Shown here piece by piece: positions 15,365 to 27,400 of a DNA stretch of 64,000 nucleotides. Where the stretch lies: positions 12,648,001 to 12,712,000 of the forward strand of contig CM022676.1 of NCBI GenBank assembly GCA_012295275.1, in the 5' to 3' direction. The translations under genes were made by a program, and so were the position numbers. The first letter of the stretch is position 1; the number at the start of each line of letters is the position of its first letter. The notes below the pieces were generated by a model. The model saw nothing but the letters and a program-made list of their open reading frames with translations. It did not search any database and was not told the origin of the DNA. Origin of the DNA: Chrysomallon squamiferum (lineage: Eukaryota > Animalia > Mollusca).

Positions 15365-15431
15365 ATGTCAAACGCTTGGAGAGTATGTGCGGCGGTTGTG
15401 TTATTTTTCAGCCGATTCGGTATTATTTCAG
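15365..15431 (+). CDS. Gene A exon 1, signal peptide MSNAWRVCAAVVLFFSRFGIIS(G)
   Basis: accATG start, hydrophobic core, phase-1 donor CAG|gtatta compatible with exon 2. Identical copy at 57320-57254. Confidence 0.75.
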
Positions 15432-18400
15432 GTATTACGGTTGTATCATTGTAAATTAAATAATAATAATGAAGGCAACTGCTATAATACTTAATTATAA
15501 TAGTGTATGATAATATTATATATTGATAATTAATTAATGTTCACCTGATCAGTTTATTTTTCTGCATTGTATAGTATTGTCCCTTGTACATCAATTAAGT
15601 TATTACCGTCCTATTTAGTTTCAAAAAGTTGATGCATGTATGAGTATTCATGTGATGTAGGTAAGGTATGTGATAAAAATAATAAAATAAAATGTTCCTA
15701 TAAACTTACATATAACTTTTATCAGAAAGCAAATGAAAGAGAAAAAAATGCAGGTTAAATGACACCAAGTTAGCATTAATATGAAAGAAGTGAAAAGAAA
15801 TTGTATCAGAATAAAATTCACTAGTGTTTTCTTTCATAATCTGTGTAGAAACTGCCCCAGTGATCAGTCATTTGGCAACATGAACACTGAACATCTCAGA
15901 TGATATAGTTTCAAATCTAGTTAACTTGAATGTTACCTTACATCTTAGTTATGTTTGAATTAAAAAATCACTAGAAGTTAAACCATTATACAAAAAGATC
16001 ATTTTTCAAGATGAAACTTTGGATGAATTGTAGAGGCCATGACTTTTTCAAGTATTTGGCAAACATATTTTTTAATAAGCTAATTAATGAATAAGATTTG
16101 CCTTATGGCTTCATTATACAGATCTCAAACAGTTATAAAAATCTAACTTGCTACTAACTCAGTTCATAATCAGCATTATCAAAAAGAAAATATTATCACA
16201 CCAAACAAACAATGAACCATTGATCTTCTCAGATATCCACAGTAACAATAATTGCCATGGCTACATCATTTGCTGAGAACGCTACATATTTGGTATCCCA
16301 AATTAAGTATCTGCTACCTTAAATAATTGTAAGAAATTTGGCAGACCATGAGAGAAAGGCATAATATTCAAATTATAATTTAAAGACCTGAATAAGCTTA
16401 CCTTAGTCACAGAACACTCATTTTGAAATAGTAAACTTGTCTGTTGATTCTCATACAAGAATTCAATATGTGGATGAAGCTCAATATGCAGACTACATCA
16501 TGATATTTGTTATTTTGGAAAAATGTGTAAAATTGGTAATGAAACAGAAGCTTAAATGAGGAAACCCCTTTCAAGAAAAGTGATTACACATCAAAAAGAG
16601 GGTGACCTCTTGCTGCATGCAGTTATTATTTTCATCGCATACATAATTCATGTGATTCTAACTTGTAATTATAATACATCTTTTATTATTATTATATTTT
16701 TTGCTATAGGTAATCATTAGTTTGTTGCATGTATCCCATTACATAAGACTGGAAATAGATTTATATAATGAAATTATCTAGGCATGGTATTATTATATTA
16801 TTAAACCTACGAAAAGACTTTGACAAGTCAATAATGGGTAAAATGTCAAAATGTCACATGTTCACAGGTTCGAAACTTGAGCTCATACTAATAGTAATGA
16901 GTAAATGGTGATTATCATTATTTGTCGTTTTCTCATAGTTTTCATTTCACAGGGTTGTTAAAATGTTAATACAGAATAATAAATTGAAAATATATTTTCA
17001 TCTGTTGGTTACCTGTTTTTAAGCTTCTTTCCTTCTCTTGTTGATGCTCAATTAATAAATTCTAATCTTTTATTTTATTTTTATATTAAACATTATCTCT
17101 CTTATGCCAGGTTTTCTAATGTTTATGGAGACCATAATACAGATATGTTATTATTATTATTGTTGTTGTTGTTGTTATTATTACTGACACAAAACCAGAT
17201 CATGGTAATCTTGATAACTCTGACTGTCCTATGACTGCAAGTTATTATTATTATGGTTTCTTTGCTATATTCAAATTAATTCTGCTTCACCACAGGTCTT
17301 AGCTCTGACCTAACCTTTTCAGCACATGATGCTAACTCTACAGGACCCCTTTAGTGATTTGTCACAGAAATCAAATAAATTATTATTAATAATAGAATTC
17401 ATAATTGTGCATTTAAAGTCTGTTATTTTATGCATTTCAAATAACAAGTAAATATAATTATTTATTTTCAGTTACTGGAAATTAATGAAACTAAAAATAG
17501 ACAAAATACAATGAAATGTTCAGTTGAAGTAAATATATTTAAATATCAACTTTCCTTCAGATAATATATTTATATATAAACAAGTATATATGTTTATGAA
17601 AAGGGTTATGTGGAATTTAACCATGTCTAAATCCTGATAGTTAATGTTAAAGTCAAAAATATAAATGATTCCTATTACTGAATATCATCTGGATGTTTAG
17701 CAGTTTGTCTAAACACATTATGAGTATTATAATCATAGTGATATAAAAGTATATATTGTATTGTTCTTGTTTCTTTAATTGTAGGTTACGTGAACCTTTC
17801 TGCTTCTCCCTTTGCTGTGTTCAGTCAAAGCTACACATTCCATTGTTCTGTGTCAGACAACGTCACTTTACCTGTTCCCTTTGTAAGAAATGGAAATGGT
17901 GTTTGTACAGTTCTGTCATCTTGTAGAGAAGTTCGTCCTCTTCCTGGTTACTCTTGTAAATGTGCTGCTCAGACTGGAACTTCTACACTCCTCACTCTAA
18001 CAATAAACAGTGTCAGTCTTGTAGATGAAACTGAGTGGTTGTGTGCATATGGTGAGAATTACAGCAGGAGTTTTCATTTACAAGTTCACAGTAAGTTAAA
18101 CAAAATTAAAAAATGTTTAATTAGTTTTTAATTTCTTAATGTAATATATTTTCTTTCCAGCTTTATACTGTGTTCATTGTTACTGTCAGAGCATTCTAAG
18201 ATGTTTGTAAATCATAATATATAATGTCAATTTTTGTATTCAAATTAAAAAACCAATTTCTTTTGTTAAATACTTTTTTGTTATGATCACATGTTTTATT
18301 TTTACCAACCATTTTTTTAACTTTATGGTGATGCTTTAAAAGGGCTGGCATTTAGCAATATAAAAACAAAACAAAAACAAAGTGACTGCCAGTAGGTCAG

Positions 18401-21400
18401 ATAGAGAACTAATGAGTGTTGGTCAGCCCTTGTTTGTTCTTAGTTTGATAGAGTGTCATGTATAATCAACATGTGTCAGAAACAATTCCAACAGATATAT
18501 TTTAACTTCTTTAATCTGCTGTCTGTACAGATTCTTATTTTTATATTGGTTCCTCGTAATATGATATTATCGTTAGAAAAGGATATTTAAATTATAATGA
18601 CGTTTCATACATTGTTGCATTATTATTATTTGTAACATAATTAAATAGTTAAAGTACTTTAATTCATATTGTGTTTATTTCTCTAGTGGATAGAAATAAT
18701 TATTGGTTTATATAGATTGATGTCAGTTTAGTTTTTAAATTTCTTGTCATCCTAGACTGAGCTGTAGTAAAACATTCAGGATGTTCGATGGTGTGGACCC
18801 TGTGACAATTACAAGGTCCATTCACAATTCAAATTATGAGACACTTAAAACTGGAATACATTTTATTATTTATAAATAAAACTGTTATGAGCAGAGTAAA
18901 ATATTTTCTTGTCACTTTTTCAAATCTTTCTCCTATTTTTATTATTATTATCTTTTACAAAGCATAAAAATTAAATATGTGAATACACTAACATACAATA
19001 CAAACTGATTATAATCTAATTAAGTACTTTTTGCTTTATACTCTATTTATTTACGTGTGTGTCATGTTTTCAGAAAATGAATTACATACTAGATAAATTG
19101 AAAAAATGCTTCCAAAGTATTCAGTATATTTTGTGGTATTTGGCCAACTTAAACATATCAGCATTATCATGATATTCTGCTAATACATTATCTTTATTAA
19201 AAAGAAAAATTGCAGATGTTTTAATTAATTTTTAAGTTAATAAGAACCTGCACTACCATTATTCATTGGTTTATATGACACATCTTACACAGACCAGTCA
19301 ATGCCTTTTTCTTGATACAGTATTAATATTTAAAATGAAATTCTTGTTAAAAATAGTTAAAAATCCCAGTGTAATTTCCAACATTACTAAAACAGAAAAA
19401 TAGGTTACTCTGTTAGAGCTAATTAAAGGGGCTGATCTAAGAGTTCAAAAATAATGAAATTATTCAGATTTCTTTTTTTTTCTTCATTTTTTCATTTTTT
19501 TTTTCGTAATAAAAATAAATGGTTATGTAATTACCATGTTTGGTAACAAAGGATCAAATGTGCAGAATATTCCTTATTTCAGATGGATTAAATTTGGAAT
19601 TTTAAAATAAAGTCATTCTCTTTATATTTTTTCGATAATGGTGTAGATGCAAAATATTAGTAAATATCAAGAATAAAATTAATTGCTTTGCTAAAGATAC
19701 GAAAACTAGAAATTTCATACCTTAGTACAACTGTAGCTAGTTATGTAATTGTGAACATTTTTGGGGCCAAGAATCACTGTTTCACCAGTAAAAAGTAACA
19801 ACAAAATATTGTTTTCTCTTCTAAGCAATAATAATAATAAAAATATAATTTTACTTGTTTATTTTTTTACAGCCTTGTTTACTTGGTACGGGTGATGTTA
19901 AAGATTGACAAACCCTGACTTGTTCCCTACCCTGCTCCAATGCCATTAAACTTTGCAATTTAATCATTTTCCCTAAAATTGAAATTAATTTTGGCTGTCA
20001 GTGGAAATTGAGAAAAGCATAGCTCACGAATGTTTTACACGGAAAATTTCAAAATTGATAGATTCACCATTTTTTTCACAAATAAAAGCATTATTTTACA
20101 CACACATATTTTCTTATATAATGTCAATTAACTTTTTGCAGTTAATGTTATGAAATTCTATTCCATAATAGTTTAAAAAAAAGTAAAACTGTATACTCAG
20201 AATAACATTAACATTCTTCTTTTGTCAGAGAATACATTAAGTATTTGATGAGGCTAATAACTAAAAGAGACCATTTAAGAAAACTTACAATCCTCTTTCT
20301 TGTTTCTATTTCACTCATTTAAAATTTACTATTTGAAATAATCATAAGACCAGTGACTTGAAGTTTGGAGTTTAATATTAAAGACATTTACCTAATTTTT
20401 CAAAGTTTGTTCATTGTTTTCACATTTGTCTTTCAGCTCCAGTTAATTATACAATCACGGAAGTTTCTGGATCAAGGCCAAACTCGTTTAACATCACTGA
20501 GGGAGACTCTGCTGTTTTTACCTGTGTTGTACAGGGAGCCAAACCAGCACCGACTGTTTCACAGATCTTGTGGTACGTAGACAGTAACAAGCTTCCTGTC
20601 AGCACCACTGGATCTCCCACTACTACTGACAGACTGACAACATTAAATGTGACGTACACAGCCAGCAGAGATCATGATGGTTGGAAAGTTTTCTGTGCTG
20701 CTGAAAATGACTTGATGATTGACCAAAGTATCCCTGCTGTCAACTCAACTAACAAAATTGAACTACATATACAAAGTATTTATCTCTTATTTATTTCAAT
20801 TTTTACAAATTTAGAAAGTAATTCATATCTTACAATATTGTTATGAAGGTTATTTAAAATATCTAGGTCAAGCCACTGATTGTTTGTAAATATTAGATAT
20901 ATCTAATGTATATATAACATTTCTGTGAGTCTGTACTTGTACAATTTAAATTGCCATAATAATTCATGTTTTTTTTCTTCAAATTTCTATTACTACAGTT
21001 ACTTGAGATTAAACAGATTAGACAGCATGTCTGTTACATAACTTGCATTCCATTTGTAATTATTGACTATTCTCAAATGTTGTGATGTTATGACAAAAAC
21101 TTGGACTATCTCAAAATACAATTAGATTTACAAGTAGATTTGTGAACATATTTATCTGGTTCAGAAGTGAAACTGATACCTGCTAATGTAAAAGTTGAAC
21201 ACTGAATTGAACTAAAATAAAAAATGTCCTTTGTTTATTTTATAAATCAGATAGAATCAACAGTCAGGTAATTATTAAATAATTAAATACATTTTTACAT
21301 TTTGTTTTTTAATTTTGAACTGTTCACTTACAGGACCACCAGACTTTCCTTTTAGAAGTGGTGAGTGTCCAGATACTTACATAGAGTCAGGAGAGAGTGG

Positions 21401-24400
21401 AACTTGTGTGTGTAACACCACTTTTCTAGGAACACCTGCTGGCACAGTAAGCTGGATAACTCCTGATGGAACTGACACGCACTCACAAACTCTTGTCTTG
21501 AAATCTATTGACAGAAAGTACAACAATCAGAACTACACTTGTCAAGTCAGAAACTACGTGGAGACCAGAAACTTAACATTTACAACAAAACTAGCATGTA
21601 TGTTTAGAATTTTATTGTTACAACTGTAATAACATATTTATCTGTTAGTTATTATTTTGGAATACATAGTTTTATCACAGAAATAAATCATTGCTTTATC
21701 AGTAATAAATTATTGTAGGCTTTTATTTTCTGGTATGAAAAAATAATGTAATTCTGATACAAACAGAAATTACTTTAAAAGAAAATGATTTCTTTATTCT
21801 TTTGTGATATTTTGTCAAAATATATCAGTATTTGCCTAATACAGAATAATTATTATCTTCACTTTTTATTTTTTATTAATTATTTTTTTCACATCTTTTT
21901 CTCTCTGTGTTTTGTAAGATTAAAGATGCAATATATTTACTCTTAAAATATTCTAAACTGTAGTTGGTCCTGACAGAACTGATATGTCTGGAAACCAAGC
22001 TAAATTTGATGCAGACAGAACCAGTTTGACCTTGACCTGTAAAAGTGCATCATCAAGTCCCAGTGTGACCTTTACTTGGAGAAATCTCACTGGTGGTCAG
22101 ATTCTGATTTCAAACGAACCAATCAGAGAACAAGACGCTGGTGATGGAGGAAAGCTGTTTAGTCAGAATCTGGTTTTGGTTCCACAGTGGTATCAAGATG
22201 GAGATGAAATAGAGTGTAAAATACAGAATTCTCAGATACCTGAACAAAACTCAAAAACAAAAACTACACTGAGTCTGATTTGTGAGTACAATGAAAAACA
22301 TTATTTATAATAATAATCATAATAATAATAATAATAATTCATTTTGAATATTTACTTTCATTTGCTTTTGGGTAGAAGTAGGTTTAGGTGTCATAATATC
22401 ATTTGTCTAACACAACCTAGATGTATTTAACTCATTCACTGAAATTAAGAGTAAGAATAAGCTGTGTGAGCTGTGATTACAAACACCCTGGAACATGTAC
22501 ACAGTGTTGACTGTCCTGTCAAAAACAACATGAAAATTAATAAACAGAAATAATTATTTTTAAATGGATTCTTTAATTCACTAAAACTTTTGTTTTCAGA
22601 TCCACCCGTGAATCCTCCAGAAATCAGAGGATACAAGACAGGACAAGTGGTTTATGAAGGAGACACACTGAACATTCGTTGTGTTGTGTCAGGTGGTAAA
22701 CCTCTAGTGTCATCAGTAAGTCTGTCTTGTGACACAGCTCACATGAACACTTCAACTGAGGGAGATGAAAACAGTGTTTTTGTAGATTTGTCTTTTACAG
22801 TTACAAGAAATCTCAACTCTAAGACTTGTCAGTGCAGTGCACTTCACCAGACTCACAGATATAATCTCATAGACACTGAAACACTCACTGTGTACTGTAA
22901 GTATTTAACAACAAGAATAGTAATAACAATAACAATAATGATAATAACAATGATGATGATGATGATAGAGATATTAATGTCTTACTCAATGATCAAGAAA
23001 GATGGTGATTCCTAACATCCAGAATTGACCATTCAGGTTTTAGTTTATCAGATGTTAATGGCTGAAAAGGTGTTATTTTCATGTATGTGCATTTTTTAAT
23101 TCTATATTGTGGCTAAACAAAAAATATTACACCCAGGAAACCTTTATATGTTTTAGTTAACATGTGGGAGATTAAATTTCACTAAAGGTCATGTCAAGAT
23201 CACGTGATCCACACGGTCAATTTCAAGGTCATAACTAAGGTCAAAAGGTTTGGAATCCGTGTCATATTGCCTTTTGAACAATACCAATTTTATGAAGATT
23301 GGCCCAGTAGTTCCTGAGATATGAGGGTTCAAAGGTTGGTGGTCACGGCCATTTTTGCCAAAAATCTCAAAATTCGGTGGGCCTTATCTCCCACACCACT
23401 GATCCGATTGAGCTAATATTTCAGATTTGGAGCTGTGGGATCCCAGTCAACAAATATACCAAGTTTCATAAAAATTCGGGAAACGGTCGGGTTTAACCCA
23501 TTGGGTGATTTGTCACGGAATGACACATATATATAACATACTTATAAGACAATGTCTTGTTTTGCTTAGTCTAACCTAGTCAGTGTAATCTGTTACTGTT
23601 AGGCAGACAGTTAGATTATCAAGTGTGTAATGACTTGTTTAACTTGATGACTTGATCTATTACTGTAAATTTAGTAATTGTTTACAGATGCTCCTGATCT
23701 GACTTTTCCTTCTTTAAACACAACTGAAAACACGTCACTGAATATCAACTGTTCTGCTGATGGTCGTCCTGACAACATGAACTTCAAACACTTCAAACAT
23801 TACTGGAATGACGTGTTTATTCAAGATGTGCCAGGAACAAAGGTAACGGGTAATCAGTACAGATTGAAGTTTAATCCTGTTACGTTTGAAGAGAGTGGAA
23901 TCTACGTCTGTAGTGTGGAAAATGGAATCCCAGACAGGAATGGAAGTTTACTACAAAACAAAACCAGCAGTGTTTATGTTGAAGGTATCAGTTTAATTGT
24001 AAATGAATAATATTTTCTTTGACGCAAGAACTATGTTTGATACTGGTTTTATCCACAAATCAATGACATATGGTAGTGTAATTATTTTGTTAAAAGAAAT
24101 AAAGTGTTTATTGCGTTTTTCAGACTAATATCGTAATATGATTATTTACATGCTTTGCAATAGATGTGTTTTAACTTTTGTAAAATATATGCATTTGTAG
24201 AAATGATACATAATCATATAAATACATACAAACATACAAGTCGATGCATACATACTTACATATATAATTACATACGTAATTACATACACAGGCACATAAA
24301 TAGTTACATACATTCATACTTACAAATACACTTGCATACATACATACAAACATCAATTTAATAGTAGTGTGATCTTTTTCCACAATCATTTTGTATTACT

Positions 24401-27400
24401 ATAATACAACAGTTTAAAACATAAATAATATAATTTTACTTTCAGCTGCATTCAAAAGTAATTTCTTGTTAATAATATGGTAGTTTAAATGATTATAATT
24501 AAATAATATAATTCTACTTTCAGCTGCACCTAAGATCATTAACAAAACAAACAACATTGTGGGAGCTGAGATAGGAAATCCTGTTGTATTACACAAATCT
24601 GTGTTTTGTAAACCAAGTTACACAAATTTTACCTGGAGTAAATCTGATGATCAAACTGATTTTAACAACACTCAGGTCACAAGAGAAAACATCACACTTC
24701 AAATACACAGTAAAACAGTAACAGATTCTGGTTACAAGTTTTCTCTCAGTATGAGTAATTTTACTCAAGATGACATTGGAACATACAAACTGACTGTCTG
24801 TAATGAAGTTGGATGTTCTCAGTTTTCTGTGAACCTAACTGCAGCAGGTCCACCTCTTCCTCCTAAAGAGTTCCAACAAGAAAGAAACTCAACATCAGAC
24901 ACAGTGTTCTTGTCCTGGCTACCTAACTACCCAGGTGGTAATTTCAAACAAAGATTTATACTGCAGTACAAAGCACAAAGTGACTCTAACTGGATTACTT
25001 GGAAAACTAAATGGTTTGATTACTCAGCATACGGACATAAAATACTTTTTAACATCACAAATCTTCAGTCTAAACAAGTTTATAATATTCAACTGTCAGC
25101 TGAGAGTAACAGACTTTCAAATAATATCAGTAAATATGTTACACTAGAAGTTATAACACACGGTAAGTAAATTGTTTATTTAAAACAAATATTTAGAAAT
25201 GATATAAAGTTAAATTGAAATTGATGATTTGATGACCATCTAATAAGTTTACAAAATAATGGAGATTGTTTGTTTTCGGGTTTTTCAATGGATTCAGATT
25301 TCATTTAAAGCTTTATTTTTAGAAAGAAAAAATATGCTATATATAACTGTGGATTCATTGTTTTATTACATTTTAAATGTTTTTTGAAGACATTTTTGCA
25401 TTTTGTCTGTACAGATATTGTTTTTAATGTTAAATAATTACAGATTTAGAAGAACATGGTGTTTCAAGTGCTCTGCTTGGTGCAGCTGTAGGAGGAGCTG
25501 TTGTAACTTTCATTGTTGTCATAGTGATACTTATTCTTTTTCTTAGGAGACATCATCCATTTGTCTTCTCAAGTAGAAAGGGTAAGATATTGTTAAAAAT
25601 ACAATTTATACAATCCAAGTCTCTCTTCTTGAAAATATATCCCTGTACTATGAAGCCTTACACTTTCATATTTTTTTAAACCATTTTTTTAACAAGACAA
25701 ATGCACAACACTATTGCAAAAGCTTGCATTTGGTTTATTTTCAATAGTTTTTCTCCTGTTCTTAAAACATAAATTATTTGTTGGCTAAAATTTAAAAAAT
25801 TCATTTAATACTTTATTATTTTTAATTACAGGTAAGGATGCAGAAAATGGAAAGTAAGTTGATTTAATATATTTTGTAATGAGATCATCTCACTCTTTTT
25901 TTCTCTTTCAAGTCTTTCATATGCCATTTAAGTCATTTGTACTTTATTTCTTCATATTTTTATTTTAACAAGAATGTTTACATGACATGCTTATTATGCT
26001 TATATTCAGAAACAAATCATTCAAATATTTCATTTTGTTTCATTGTGTATGTTTGTGTGTAAACAGCTGAACTCTTAATTGTGTTTTCCTTGTTTAAAAG
26101 CAGCAAAATGGAATTACCTTAATTCAGGTAGTATCTGTAATTGATATTGTTTATTATTTCATACAAGTTAACTTTAATTTTTAATTTTTCTAGTTTTACA
26201 TTTTGTTGTTTTATTGGAACAGGATAAAGGATTCTCAACCTGTAGAAGATTCAGAATAATTAAAAGAGAAATTTCTTAATTAGCATTTTGTTATAAAACT
26301 GATTAAACCTGGGTTTGTTTGTTTGTTTGTCTGGGTTTTTTTTTTTTTTTTTTTGGTATTTTGTGTTCATTCTCAGTTCAGCCCACAGAGCTACTTGGAT
26401 GGTTCTAATACTGTCAACTGAAATATTGTAGTGAGAGAATATTCTCTTGTTTCTAATATGTACATTTTTAATAAATACTTGTCAGCGGCAGTATGGACAG
26501 TGTGCTCTGATAGTAGAGCATTAATAAACCATGATTCTAGGACAATTGCCCCATGGACAACTGCCCCCCTATTTTTTCTTCCAGTAATGATTTTCAAGCA
26601 TAACAACATGTATAAGGACAAATTTTTTAATACTTTAATCACTTGCCAAATCAAACGAATCTTTAGCATTTAATCAACCTGAAGTAGTAATTAGATGACT
26701 CTAGTTAGCTTTGACAAATTTATTGCAATTAATAATCCAAATGATTTTAATCAAGTCTTATATAACACTTTGATTAATTTATTGGAATGTTGCTTAAAAA
26801 TCATTCTGATTGGTTATTTGAGTATTTATGGGGGGGGTAATTGTATATAGGGGGCAGTTGTCAGGGCGCAGTGTCTGGGGGGGCAATTGTCCTGATACAT
26901 AAACCATATTGCCTATTATGCTTGCTAGTTTTATTCAATACCAGTTTTAGATACTTTTTGCACAGAAATTCAAATTGTAATGTCATAATCATGATAATGT
27001 TATAACATTGTTTATTGCTCACATGTTTAATCAAGAAGCATACACAAATTAGGAAAAAAAAAAAAAAGATATATATAATTACTAATCTTAAAAAGAGACA
27101 TAGTTATTTCACACCTTTCAGGATCTCCAGTAATTTTTATAAAAAGTTAATATGTTAAAATGGAAATAATTACCATACTTTTTATATTGAATCTGCATCT
27201 AATAAAATGAATAAACTAAATTTGATATAGGCAGTTTAATTTATCAGTATTACTGGGGTTTTATATATATATATATATATCTGTGTATTTATGTATTTTT
27301 GTTACATACATACAAGAACTGTTTCTGTTTTTATAACACTGCTTTTTCCTATTTTGCAATGAATTTCAAAGGATTTTTTAAAAACTTAGCTGTTGATACT

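Larger units (their letters stand above)
15095..25265 (+). repeat. Left arm of the large inverted segmental duplication (partner 39340-57605)
   Basis: Promoter-proximal region, exons 1-8 and introns align nearly base-for-base with the reverse complement of ~57605-55845 and ~48155-39340. Confidence 0.92.

Noticed and set aside
24164-24389. His/Tyr/Ile-rich ORFs repeated at 40243-40468
   Set aside because: Degenerate (TACA)n low-complexity intron sequence copied with the duplication.
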